DNA of 64,000 nt from an uncultured Eubacteriales bacterium (GCA_900548005.1 URIZ01000001.1:93756-157755); one strand, 5' to 3'; shown: positions 44,689-53,810, counted from the stretch's first letter. Translations and numbers: made by a program. The notes: a model not told the origin generated them from the letters alone.

Positions 44689-46344
44689 ATGCCCCAAAAG
44701 AAGAAAAATTTGACAGTTTCTGCGGCTTGCAACGCTTGTGACGTCAAAAGCGAGCAAAAAGCCGAGCGAAGAAGAAAAATCGCTTCCGGCGCAGGCGTGC
44801 TTGCCGTTGGCAGCGTCGTTGCAAAGATGCTCGGCGCGCTCTATCGTATACCGCTCACCAACGTGTTGGGCGCGCAAGGAATGGGCATGTATCAGCTCGT
44901 TTTTCCCGTGTACGCATTGTTTATGGTGCTCTCAACCATGGGTATTCCGACTGCGCTTAGCAGAATAGTGGCGGAAAAGCGTGCGCTTTGCGAGCCGAGC
45001 AAGAAATATTTTGCCGCCGCGATGCTCACGCTTGCCGTGCTTGGCGGCATTTGCTCGATTTTGACGGCTGCGCTTGCAAGAGTTTTTGCCGTGTGGCAGG
45101 GCAATCCCGACACGTATCTCGGCTTTCTCGTCATATCGCCCGCCATATTTTTCGTGGGGCTGATTTCGGGTTTTCGCGGCTATTTTCAAGGCGAAATGTA
45201 TATGTTGCCCACAGCCGTTTCCAACGTGGTTGAGCAAGTTTTCAAGCTTGCAATCGGCATATCGCTTGCCGTTTTGCTTAAAGGCAAAGGCTTGATATAC
45301 GCAGTGTGCGGCGCGCTTTTTGGCGTGGTATGCTCCGAGCTTGTCACGCTTTTATATATGTTGACAACCTATTTCGTGCGCGCGGCAAAAGCAGAAAAAC
45401 ACGGCGAAAAGGAGCTGAGAGCGCGGCTTACACGGCAGGAGAGCAAAAGTGCCATTCGCATTGCTTTTCCCATTGCGGTGGTTGCAATCCTTATGCCGCT
45501 TTCGGGCTTTTTTGACAGTATGATTATTGTCAATATGCTACGTCTTCACGGTGAGAGCTCGGCGGTTGCGACGGCATGGTACGGCTTGTTGTCGGGGCCC
45601 GTGCAGTCGCTTGTCAACATGCCCGTTGTAGCAATCATATCGCTCGGCGTTGCAATCGTGCCCTCCGTTTCGTATTCAAGAGCAACGCACGATGCAGACG
45701 CAATTATGCTAAAAAGCAGGCTTTGCGTCAAACTGTGCTATCTTTTGGGCATACCGTTTGCATTTTTCTTTGCGGTTTTTGCAGACGACATATTGCATCT
45801 CGTATATCCGTCTTTGAGCGCGTCGAGCCTTTTGATTGCCACGAATTTGTTGAGAATTTCCGCTTTCAACGTTGTCACTTTTTCGGCAATGCAAATCTAT
45901 GTTTCGCTCTTACAGGCACTTGACAAGACCAAATGGGCGGTATTAAGTCTTGTTTGTGCGATTATAGTCAAAACGGTGCTGTCTTTGACGCTTGTGAGAT
46001 TTATAGGCATTTTGGGCGGCGCAATTGCGTCTTTGGCAATGGGGGCGGTGGCTCTTTTTGCGGCAAACTTTGCGTATTTCAGAATATGCGGTCTACATCT
46101 TGAAAAAAACGTTGGCACAAATCTCGTTGTTGGTGTTATAATGGCTCTGACAGGCGTTGGCGTCAAGTCGCTTTTGCATGGCCACTTATCCGCATTTTTG
46201 GTGGGCGGCGCGGTGTGCGTTGTGGTGTACGTGTGGTTCTCATTCCTTTTCGGACTTGTCGGAAAAGACGAGATCCCGCACCTTCCGATGCAGCGACTTT
46301 TGTGGACGCTCCATAGGCTCATACGTTTTTGGGACTATGGTTGA
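44689..46344 (+). CDS. MOP-superfamily flippase (YabM/SpoVB/MurJ-like polysaccharide biosynthesis protein)
   Basis: Polytopic (about 14 TM helices). N-terminal block VAKMLGALYRIPLTNVLGAQGMGMYQLVFPVY is typical of the family. Synteny with spoVT. Confidence 0.8.
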   Translation: MPQKKKNLTVSAACNACDVKSEQKAERRRKIASGAGVLAVGSVVAKMLGALYRIPLTNVLGAQGMGMYQLVFPVYALFMVLSTMGIPTALSRIVAEKRALCEPSKKYFAAAMLTLAVLGGICSILTAALARVFAVWQGNPDTYLGFLVISPAIFFVGLISGFRGYFQGEMYMLPTAVSNVVEQVFKLAIGISLAVLLKGKGLIYAVCGALFGVVCSELVTLLYMLTTYFVRAAKAEKHGEKELRARLTRQESKSAIRIAFPIAVVAILMPLSGFFDSMIIVNMLRLHGESSAVATAWYGLLSGPVQSLVNMPVVAIISLGVAIVPSVSYSRATHDADAIMLKSRLCVKLCYLLGIPFAFFFAVFADDILHLVYPSLSASSLLIATNLLRISAFNVVTFSAMQIYVSLLQALDKTKWAVLSLVCAIIVKTVLSLTLVRFIGILGGAIASLAMGAVALFAANFAYFRICGLHLEKNVGTNLVVGVIMALTGVGVKSLLHGHLSAFLVGGAVCVVVYVWFSFLFGLVGKDEIPHLPMQRLLWTLHRLIRFWDYG

Positions 46345-46399
46345 GTGCTTGCAAATATGTCAAATCACCGCCGACAATTCGGCAATATCGGAGATACAA

Positions 46400-47455
46400 A
46401 TGAAACTCGATCAAATTCTCAAAGGCTCGTATCAGCGTTATAGGGCAGCCGATTTTTTGGCAACGAAATTTTTTAACAAGCGTATCGCGCTCGTCGTTGA
46501 CGGCGCAAGCGAAGACGATATCCCCAAGATAAAGGACAGACTTCTTGACGCATACGGCGACGTTGAAGTCACGCTTGAAAAGGACGGCGAAGACAAGCTC
46601 GCAAAGGTGAGCGACATCGACTCGGCTTTTGACACGCTCGTGATCGATCCTATCGCGCTTGTGGATTGCAAGCGTTTTGATTTTTCCGACCTTGAACAAA
46701 TCATGCATCGCTTGCGTGCGGACGACGGTTGCGAGTGGGACAGAGCGCAAACGCACGAGAGCATCCGCATCAATCTCATCGAAGAAGCCTACGAACTTGT
46801 CGAGGCGATAGATATGAACAATGCCTCCATGATGCTCGAAGAAACGGGCGATATTCTCATGCAAGCCGTTTTCCACGCCGAGATTGCGCAAAAAAACGGT
46901 GAATTCAATTATACGGACATGGTGAGCGGTCTTTGCAGAAAACTTATCGACCGCCACACGCACATATTCGGCATCAACCACGCCGCCGATGCAGACGAGG
47001 CTCTCGTGTTTTGGGAAGAGGCAAAGAAGAAGGAGAAAAAGTACACTTCCGCATCCGACGAGATGAGCCGTATTCCCAAGAATTTGCCGAGCCTTCTTTA
47101 TGCCGAAAAATTGCAAAAGAAAGCGAAAAAAGTGGGCTTTGATTGGGATTGCGTGGACGATGCTTTTGCAAAAGTGGTTGAAGAAAGCGAGGAGCTCAAA
47201 TCCGCAGACGATGCTCACAGACAAGAAGAGGCAGGCGATTTGCTCTTTGCGGTGGTCAACGTCTTGCGCTTCTACAAGATAGATCCCGAGATGGCGTTGC
47301 ACGAGGCAAATCTCAAGTTCTACCGCCGTTTTTGCGCCGTGGAAAAGGCAGTCAAGGACAGTGGCAGAGAGATGAAAGATTGCACGCTCGAAGAGCTTGA
47401 CAGCGTGTGGAACGAAGTCAAACTCAAAGAAAAATTATCAAATAAGGATAAATAA
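46400..47455 (+). CDS. mazG: MazG-family nucleoside triphosphate pyrophosphohydrolase (YabN-like)
   Basis: ATG at 46400 follows GGAGA. CEWDRAQTHESIRINLIEEAYELVEAID and a second MazG repeat EEAGDLLFAVVNVLRF. Confidence 0.85.
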   Translation: MKLDQILKGSYQRYRAADFLATKFFNKRIALVVDGASEDDIPKIKDRLLDAYGDVEVTLEKDGEDKLAKVSDIDSAFDTLVIDPIALVDCKRFDFSDLEQIMHRLRADDGCEWDRAQTHESIRINLIEEAYELVEAIDMNNASMMLEETGDILMQAVFHAEIAQKNGEFNYTDMVSGLCRKLIDRHTHIFGINHAADADEALVFWEEAKKKEKKYTSASDEMSRIPKNLPSLLYAEKLQKKAKKVGFDWDCVDDAFAKVVEESEELKSADDAHRQEEAGDLLFAVVNVLRFYKIDPEMALHEANLKFYRRFCAVEKAVKDSGREMKDCTLEELDSVWNEVKLKEKLSNKDK

Positions 47456-47470
47456 TATAATACATAGCGC

Positions 47471-48400
47471 ATGCTCACCATAGGCGACGTACAACTGAAA
47501 AACAATTTGGTCTTTGCGCCAATTGCCGGCTTCTCCGAAGTCGGTTTTCGTCATCTATGCGCAAAATACGGCGCAGGGCTGACGTACACCGAGCTTGTCA
47601 GCGCAAAAGGTCTTGTCTACGGCAACAAAGGCACGGAAGAATTGCTCGCCACCACGGATATAGAAACTCCGTGCGCCGTGCAGATTTTCGGCAGCGATCC
47701 CGAGTTTATGTACAAAGCCGCAAAAGACGACAGACTTGCCAAATTTGACATCATCGACATCAATATGGGCTGTCCCGTCAAGAAAGTTTTCGGCAACGGC
47801 GACGGCAGCGCGCTTATGAAAGATCCTATGCTCATCACCGAAATCGTGCAGGCGGTCAAGGAAGGCGGCCGCCGTTCCGTAACCGTGAAAATGCGCGCAG
47901 GCATCGAAATCGGAAAACCGCTCGCAGTCGAATGTACGCTTGCCGCTCAAAAAGGCGGAGCGAGCGCAGTCACGGTTCATGCAAGGTATCGCGAACAATA
48001 TTACAGCGGCGAATGTGACCACACGATAACAAAAGCCGTCAAGGACGCGCTTGACATTCCCGTCATCGCCAACGGCGACATCGTGGATAGGCAATCGCTT
48101 GACAAGGTTGCGGCAATTACGGGTGCGGACGGATTTATGATCGGGCGCGGCGCGCTCGGAAAGCCGTGGATTTTTGCCGAGCTTCAAGGCAAGGACGATT
48201 CGCATGATATAAAGTCGCTCATATTGGAGCATATCGAAGTGCTAAGAAGATTTATGCCCGACTTCACGGTGGCAAACGTCATGAAACTACAACTTTGCTA
48301 TTACGCTCGCGGCGGTCGCAACGCAAAAGCCGTGCGAGTTGAGATTGGCAAAGCAAAATCTCTTGACGACACGTTTAGGATAATTGACGAGTTGTTTTGA
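47471..48400 (+). CDS. tRNA-dihydrouridine synthase
   Basis: LVFAPIAGFSEVGFRHLC, DINMGCPVKKV, KMRAG and HARYREQYYSG are Dus-family blocks. Confidence 0.85.
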   Translation: MLTIGDVQLKNNLVFAPIAGFSEVGFRHLCAKYGAGLTYTELVSAKGLVYGNKGTEELLATTDIETPCAVQIFGSDPEFMYKAAKDDRLAKFDIIDINMGCPVKKVFGNGDGSALMKDPMLITEIVQAVKEGGRRSVTVKMRAGIEIGKPLAVECTLAAQKGGASAVTVHARYREQYYSGECDHTITKAVKDALDIPVIANGDIVDRQSLDKVAAITGADGFMIGRGALGKPWIFAELQGKDDSHDIKSLILEHIEVLRRFMPDFTVANVMKLQLCYYARGGRNAKAVRVEIGKAKSLDDTFRIIDELF

Positions 48401-48500
48401 TACTATGCAAAAAAACGTGCGATTTGTCGCAGACAACATCGGCGCGTTCATCGTTTGAAAAACACGTGAGCAAATAGAAAGTAGGACAAAAGGAAAGAAA

Positions 48501-49055
48501 ATGGCATTCAACATAGTTTTGGTAGAACCGGAAATTCCGCAAAACACGGGCAACATCGTGCGAACAGCCGCCGCAACAGGCTGCAAGGTGCATATCGTAA
48601 AACCCATCGGCTTTGACATCAGCGACAAAGCGTTGAAACGCGCGGGGCTTGACTATTGGCATTTGACGGATTTTATAGTTTATGAAAATCTCGAAGAGTT
48701 CTTTGAAAAGAACGCGCAAGGGCGAGTGCATAAGGACGAGAGTGGCAATTGGCATTTAGACGGTAACGCAATGGACGGACAAACACCGCATTTCTATTTT
48801 TGCTCCACAAAAGCGAGCGTAAGATACGATCAGGCTCATTTTTCGCCAAACGACTTCTTGTTTTTCGGCAGAGAATCCAAAGGGCTTAGAGAAGATTTGT
48901 TGCACGATAATTACGATATGACAATCCGTATTCCGATGGTCAAAGAGGCAAGATCGCTCAATTTGTCCAATTCGGTTGCAATCGTCGTGTATGAAGGGAT
49001 GCGTCAACTCGGCTTTGACAACTTGCTTGAACAAGGTCATTTGACTCAATTTTAA
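48501..49055 (+). CDS. trmL: tRNA (cytidine/uridine(34)-2'-O)-methyltransferase TrmL (SpoU family) with a ~22-aa insertion
   Basis: NIVLVEPEIPQNTGNIVRTAAATG, KRAGLDYW and IPMVKEARSLNLSNSVAIVVYEGMRQLG align with E. coli TrmL. Confidence 0.85.
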   Translation: MAFNIVLVEPEIPQNTGNIVRTAAATGCKVHIVKPIGFDISDKALKRAGLDYWHLTDFIVYENLEEFFEKNAQGRVHKDESGNWHLDGNAMDGQTPHFYFCSTKASVRYDQAHFSPNDFLFFGRESKGLREDLLHDNYDMTIRIPMVKEARSLNLSNSVAIVVYEGMRQLGFDNLLEQGHLTQF

Positions 49056-49114
49056 GTGCACTGCAAAATTTGAATAAAACACGATAGGTGTTGCAAAATA
49101 TAGCATTTTGACGG

Positions 49115-49140
49115 AAAACGGCGAGAAATCGCCGTTTTTC
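49115..49140 (+). terminator. Rho-independent terminator
   Basis: ACGGCGA-GAAA-TCGCCGT followed by TTTT. Confidence 0.8.
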
Positions 49141-49311
49141 ATATATTTCTAGCATATATAAAACACGATACATATTTTGTATTCTGCAATAATAACACAT
49201 ATCGTGTTTTATCTTTTTGCGCTTTTGCCGATTTTGAAAATCCGCTCAAAAATCCGCCTTGCAAAAATTGCAACAATGCAACGGAGAAATGCGGCAGTTT
49301 GGCAAATTCTA

Positions 49312-49340
49312 TTGTAATTTTTGCGCGCGTGTGATATACT
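49312..49340 (+). promoter_or_regulatory. Sigma-A-type promoter of pgk with an extended -10
   Basis: TTGTAA, a 17-nt spacer, then TGATATACT (TGn plus TATACT), about 75 nt upstream of the pgk ATG. Confidence 0.6.
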
Positions 49341-49416
49341 ACTATCGCTAAAAATGTATTGATATAATACCTTTTGGCTCAAAATCGTAATTTTATTTTC
49401 TTAAAGGAGAATATCT

Positions 49417-50733
49417 ATGGCAAAAATGACAATCCGCGACGTAGACGTCAAAGGCAAAAAGTGTTTGGTGCGTTGTGACTTCAACGTGCCGATGGTTGAC
49501 GGTGTTATCACCGACGAGAACCGCATCAACGGCGCTCTTCCCACCATCCAATATCTCGTTGATCACGGCGCAAAAGTGATCCTTTGCTCGCACATGGGCA
49601 AGCCTCACAACATCTTCACGGAAGGTTTCGGCCTCAACAAGAAGGAAAAGAAGGCTGTTGAAGCTCTTCCCGAATCCGAGCAAGCGGCTGCAAAAGCAGA
49701 ATATATTGCAAAAGCTCTCAAAAACGATCAAAAGAAATTCACTCTCAAGCCCGTTGCGGACAAACTCGCCGAGCATTTCCCCGGCAAAGTCACATTTGCA
49801 ACCGATTTGGTTGGCGAAGACGCTCACAACAAAGTTGCCGCTCTCAAAGACGGCGAGATTGTTTTGCTTGAAAACACTCGTTTCTATGCAGGCGAAGAGA
49901 AGAACAGTGAAGACCTTTGCAGACAACTTGCAGACTTCTGCGACATCTATGTCAACGACGCATTCGGCACGGCTCACCGCGCTCACGCAACCACCGCAGG
50001 TATCGTTCAATACGGTTTCGCGCCCGTGGCTGTGAGCGGTTTCCTTATCGAAAAAGAGCTCAAATTCCTTGGCAATGCAATCGAACACCCCGTTCGTCCG
50101 TTCGTTGCGATTCTCGGCGGCGCAAAAGTTGCCGACAAGCTCAACGTCATCGACAATCTTCTCAACAAATGCGACACGCTCATCATCGGCGGTGGCATGG
50201 CATACACCTTCATCAAGGCTCAAGGCGGCAGCGTCGGTCTTTCTCTCGTTGACGATGAAAAGATCGATTATTGCAACACCATGCTCGCAAAGGCAAAAGA
50301 GCTCGGTAAGACCATTTATCTTCCCGTTGACACCGCAACTTGCGCAGGTTTCCCCGATCCTATCGACGCACACGTTGACATCGAATATTGCCCCAGCGAC
50401 GCAATCCCCGCCGACCGCGAAGGTCTTGACATCGGCCCCAAGACGCAAGAGCTCTTTGCTCAAGCCGTCAAGTCCGCAAAGACTGTCGTTTGGAACGGTC
50501 CTATGGGCGTTTTTGAAAATCCGCAACTCGCAGCCGGCACGAACGCCGTTGCAAAAGCCATGGCAGAAACCGACGCAACCACGATCATCGGCGGTGGCGA
50601 CTCCGCAGCAGCCGTTGCTCAACTCGGCTATGCCGACAAGATGACTCACATCTCAACCGGTGGCGGCGCATCCTTGGAATTCCTTGAAGGTAAGGTTCTG
50701 CCCGGCATCGCCTGCCTCAACGACAAGCACTAA
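49417..50733 (+). CDS. pgk: Phosphoglycerate kinase (with a ~37-aa insertion after the GKP motif)
   Basis: [28 protein letters not shown] and [14 protein letters not shown] are present. AAAGGAG ribosome-binding site. Confidence 0.95.
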   Translation: MAKMTIRDVDVKGKKCLVRCDFNVPMVDGVITDENRINGALPTIQYLVDHGAKVILCSHMGKPHNIFTEGFGLNKKEKKAVEALPESEQAAAKAEYIAKALKNDQKKFTLKPVADKLAEHFPGKVTFATDLVGEDAHNKVAALKDGEIVLLENTRFYAGEEKNSEDLCRQLADFCDIYVNDAFGTAHRAHATTAGIVQYGFAPVAVSGFLIEKELKFLGNAIEHPVRPFVAILGGAKVADKLNVIDNLLNKCDTLIIGGGMAYTFIKAQGGSVGLSLVDDEKIDYCNTMLAKAKELGKTIYLPVDTATCAGFPDPIDAHVDIEYCPSDAIPADREGLDIGPKTQELFAQAVKSAKTVVWNGPMGVFENPQLAAGTNAVAKAMAETDATTIIGGGDSAAAVAQLGYADKMTHISTGGGASLEFLEGKVLPGIACLNDKH

Positions 50734-50846
50734 TCGGCGAACAACTGCGTCAAATCGTTTTTTTCGCCCGTCACGTACGCAAAGTACGTTGGGCGGGTGA
50801 AAAAAACACTTTTCCTTGTTCTTCATCCGATTATCGCTGTCGTTGA
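50717..50846 (+). repeat. Long-hairpin element, copy B (130 nt), overlapping the last 5 codons of pgk
   Basis: Palindrome centred at 50781: TCAACGACA/TGTCGTTGA, TAATCGG/CCGATTA, GAACAA/TTGTTC, TTTTTTTCGCCCG/CGGGTGAAAAAAA, and ACGTAC-GCAAA-GTACGT. Confidence 0.85.
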
Positions 50847-50898
50847 CACGTGACAATATGAAGGGACAGAACATTCAATTTTCGCAATCGTTCGACAA

Positions 50899-51010
50899 GC
50901 ACTAATCGGCGAACAACTGTGTTAAATCAGTTTTTTCACTCGTCACGTACGACAAGTACGTTGGGCGAGTGAAAAAAGCAGCTTTTCCTTGTTCTTCATC
51001 AGATTAGCGC
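50899..51010 (+). repeat. Long-hairpin element, copy C (tandem to B)
   Basis: Centred at 50953: GCACTAATC/GATTAGCGC, GAACAA/TTGTTC, TTTTTTCACTCG/CGAGTGAAAAAA (12 bp perfect), and ACGTAC-GACAA-GTACGT. It is preceded by a 17-nt copy of the pgk 3' end. Confidence 0.85.
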
Positions 51011-51084
51011 GTGCGTTTTATACCTAGCGGAATAGGACGGAACAAAGGAAAAAACATATTGAAAATAAATTTTTGGAGTATATT

Positions 51085-51834
51085 ATGAGAAAACCCATTA
51101 TTGCAGGCAACTGGAAAATGAACAACACCATCGCTGACACAAAAGCACTTATCACCGATCTTGCTCCGCTCGTCAAAGACGCGGCTTGTGACGTGGTTAT
51201 CTGCACTCCGTACACCGATTTGGCAACTGCGGTTGAAATGACCAAAGGCACAAACATCCATGTCGGCGCAGAAAACGTGCACTGGGCAGAAAAAGGTGCT
51301 TTCACCGGTGAAATCTCCGCAAAAATGCTTGTGGAACTCGGTGTCGAATACGTCATCATCGGTCACTCCGAGCGTCGTCAATACTTTGGCGAAACCGATC
51401 AAACCGTCAATGCTCGCGCAAAGGCTGCTTTGGCTGCAGGGCTCAAACCCATCATCTGTGTGGGTGAAACTCTCGAAGAGAGAGAAGGCGGCAAGGTTGA
51501 AGAAGTGCTTGTCCGTCAAACCAAGGGCGCATTCGAAGGCATCGACAAAGACGATCTCGACAACGTTGTCATCGCATACGAACCCGTTTGGGCAATCGGC
51601 ACCGGCAAGACTGCAACCGCAGAAGTTGCAAACGAAACCATCGCAATCATCCGCAACACCATGGCAGAGCTTTATTGCCCCAAGTGCGCAGAAAACCGCG
51701 TCCGCATCCAATACGGCGGCAGCATGAACCCCAAGAACGTTAAAGAACTCATGGCTATGCCTGAAATCGACGGCGGTCTTATCGGCGGCGCATCGTTGAA
51801 AGCAGTTGACTTCTCACAAGTCGTAAACTACTAA
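51085..51834 (+). CDS. tpiA: Triosephosphate isomerase
   Basis: MRKPIIAGNWKMN, IIGHSERR, AYEPVWAIGTGKTAT and YGGS are present. GGAG lies 8 nt upstream of the ATG at 51085. Confidence 0.95.
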   Translation: MRKPIIAGNWKMNNTIADTKALITDLAPLVKDAACDVVICTPYTDLATAVEMTKGTNIHVGAENVHWAEKGAFTGEISAKMLVELGVEYVIIGHSERRQYFGETDQTVNARAKAALAAGLKPIICVGETLEEREGGKVEEVLVRQTKGAFEGIDKDDLDNVVIAYEPVWAIGTGKTATAEVANETIAIIRNTMAELYCPKCAENRVRIQYGGSMNPKNVKELMAMPEIDGGLIGGASLKAVDFSQVVNY

Positions 51835-51843
51835 AAATCAATC

Positions 51844-51881
51844 ATCTAACCGCCCAAATTTTACGGACGGTTAGATTTTTC
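51844..51881 (+). terminator. Rho-independent terminator after tpiA
   Basis: ATCTAACCG...CGGTTAGAT (9 bp) followed by TTTT. Confidence 0.7.
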
Positions 51882-51895
51882 AAAAGGAAAATAAT

Positions 51896-53461
51896 ATGAA
51901 AAAACTTGTTTTAGTCGTTATGGACGGCGTTGGCAAGTCCAAGACGGGACTCGGCGATGCCGTAACTTTGGCAAACACTCCGACGCTTGACGCTCTTCTC
52001 AAAGAATGCCCCAACACCTACATCAAGGCGCACGGCACGGCGGTCGGTCTTCCCAGCGACGACGATATGGGCAACAGTGAAGTCGGTCACAACGCGCTCG
52101 GTTGCGGTCAAGTCTATTCGCAAGGCGCAAAACTCGTTGAAGAAGCAATCGAAAGCGGCGATATTTTCAATTCTGCCGCATGGAAAGAGCTCAAAGACAA
52201 CTGCGTTGCCAACTCGTCCACGATGCACTTCATCGGCTTGCTCTCGGACGGCAACGTGCACAGCAACATCGGTCACCTTATCGCTCTTGTCAAGGGCGCA
52301 AAGGAAAGCGGCGTAAAGCACGTTCGCATCCACGTTTTGCTTGACGGCAGAGATGTCCCCGCAACAAGTGCGCTCGTGTATGTCGATATGCTCGAATCCG
52401 CTCTCAAACAGCTCAACGACGACAACTTTGACGCATGCATCGCAAGCGGCGGTGGCAGAATGGTCATCACTATGGACAGATATTTCGCAAACTGGGATAT
52501 GGTCAAACAAGGCTTCTACACCCACGTTTACGGACATGGTAGAGGCTTTGCATCCGCAACGGACGCAATCGAAACCTACCGCGCGGAAAATCCCGGCGTC
52601 ATCGACCAAGATTTGCCCGCATTTGTCATCGTCAAGGACGGCAAGCCCGTCGGCGCAATGCACGACAACGACAGCGTCATCCTTTTCAACTTCCGCGGCG
52701 ACCGCGCAATCGAAATCTCTATGGCGTTTGACAATGACGATTTCAGCGGCTTTGATCGCGGAAATATGCCCAAAGTGCTTTACGCAGGTATGCTTCAATA
52801 CGACGGCGATTTGCATCTCCCCAAGAGATTCCTTGTCGAGCCGCCGCAAATCAAATATACGCTCAGCGAATTTCTCGTCAACCATGGCGTGAAGTCCTAC
52901 GCTGTGTCCGAAACGCAAAAGTACGGCCACGTCACGTATTTCTGGAACGGCAACCGCTCCGAAAAATTCAGTGACGCTCTCGAAGTGTGGGAAGAAGTCC
53001 CCTCCGACAAAGTGTCCTTCGATCAACGTCCGTGGATGAAGTCCGCAGAAGTCACCGACAAGGTCATCGACGCGATCGAATCCGATGAGTACGGATTTAT
53101 CCGCTGCAACTATCCAAACGGTGATATGGTCGGTCACACCGGCAATCTCGATGCCACAATCATCGGTGTCGAGGCAGTGGATCTCGCTCTTGCAAGACTC
53201 CTTCCCGTCATCAAGAAAAACGACTATGCTCTCATCGTCACCGCCGATCACGGCAACGCCGACGAGATGCTCGAAAAGAACAAAAAAGGTCAAGTTGCCG
53301 TGCGTACCGCGCACTCGCTCAACCCCGTTCCTTTCATCGTCTACAACTATGATTGCACCATCGCCGACGGCTCTTTCGGACTTTCCGATGTAGCCGCAAC
53401 GGCAGTGAAGATTATGGGGTTTGAGCCGGATGCTCACTGGGACCCGTCCATAATCCGCTAA
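51896..53461 (+). CDS. gpmI: 2,3-bisphosphoglycerate-independent phosphoglycerate mutase
   Basis: LVVMDGVG, GNSEVGHNALG, LSDGNVHS and TADHGNAD are iPGM hallmarks. Length 521 aa. Confidence 0.95.
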   Translation: MKKLVLVVMDGVGKSKTGLGDAVTLANTPTLDALLKECPNTYIKAHGTAVGLPSDDDMGNSEVGHNALGCGQVYSQGAKLVEEAIESGDIFNSAAWKELKDNCVANSSTMHFIGLLSDGNVHSNIGHLIALVKGAKESGVKHVRIHVLLDGRDVPATSALVYVDMLESALKQLNDDNFDACIASGGGRMVITMDRYFANWDMVKQGFYTHVYGHGRGFASATDAIETYRAENPGVIDQDLPAFVIVKDGKPVGAMHDNDSVILFNFRGDRAIEISMAFDNDDFSGFDRGNMPKVLYAGMLQYDGDLHLPKRFLVEPPQIKYTLSEFLVNHGVKSYAVSETQKYGHVTYFWNGNRSEKFSDALEVWEEVPSDKVSFDQRPWMKSAEVTDKVIDAIESDEYGFIRCNYPNGDMVGHTGNLDATIIGVEAVDLALARLLPVIKKNDYALIVTADHGNADEMLEKNKKGQVAVRTAHSLNPVPFIVYNYDCTIADGSFGLSDVAATAVKIMGFEPDAHWDPSIIR

Positions 53462-53574
53462 ATCGCGAATAGCATCGGCAAAGCCCCTTGCCCATCAACT
53501 CATGTACGATTTGTACATTAGGGTTGCTGTTCAAGGGGCTTTTTCTTGCTCTTCATCGATTTATCGGATTATGG
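53448..53574 (+). repeat. Long-hairpin element, copy D (127 nt), overlapping the last 4 codons of gpmI
   Basis: Palindrome centred at 53510: CCATAATCCG/CGGATTATGG, TAAATCG/CGATTTA, AAGCCCCTTG/CAAGGGGCTT, and ATGTAC-GATTT-GTACAT. Confidence 0.85.
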
Positions 53575-53635
53575 CGTATATATAATTTTTGCGTTATTTT
53601 TCTGATTGCGGATTATGGGGGCTTAAAACAATTTT

Positions 53636-53669
53636 GTCATTGCGAGCCGACTTGTTCGGCGTGGCAATC
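53636..53669 (+). repeat. GTCATTGCGAG...GCAATC hairpin module (variant of the GTCATTCTGAGCG module)
   Basis: ATTGC/GCAAT stem enclosing an inner GCCGA-CTTGT-TCGGC hairpin. The frame (GTCAT..GAGC....ATC) matches the ATTCT/AGAAT modules. Confidence 0.6.
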
Positions 53670-53711
53670 TCGCGGTAGCGGAATGATGTGAAATGACATA
53701 TATATAGTGCT

Positions 53712-53806
53712 GTTTCGTTTCCACGAGATTCTTCGACTACGCTCAGAATGACACGGAAAATTTGATAATTGTCGATTTTTCCAAATCGGGTGTGGGTGTC
53801 CCACCC
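53712..53806 (-). repeat. Modular intergenic repeat unit (inverted copy of 26363-26455)
   Basis: GTTTCGTTTCCACGAGATTCTTCGACTACGCTCAGAATGACACGG...CGGGTGTGGGTGTCCCACCC is the reverse complement of the 26.4-kb unit, at about 93% identity. Confidence 0.85.
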
Positions 53807-53810
53807 AACT

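Noticed and set aside
50653-50874. Minus-strand mini-ORFs starting ATGAAGAACAAG (MKNK...) inside every long-hairpin element. The 73-aa track ORF 50653-50874 runs through copy B, with the MKNK start internal to it.
   Set aside because: Only the first four codons are conserved, because they are the complement of the CTTGTTCTTCAT core. The downstream peptides differ in sequence and length (8, 12, 18 and more than 50 aa). No ribosome-binding site is present, and no gene lies downstream on that strand.
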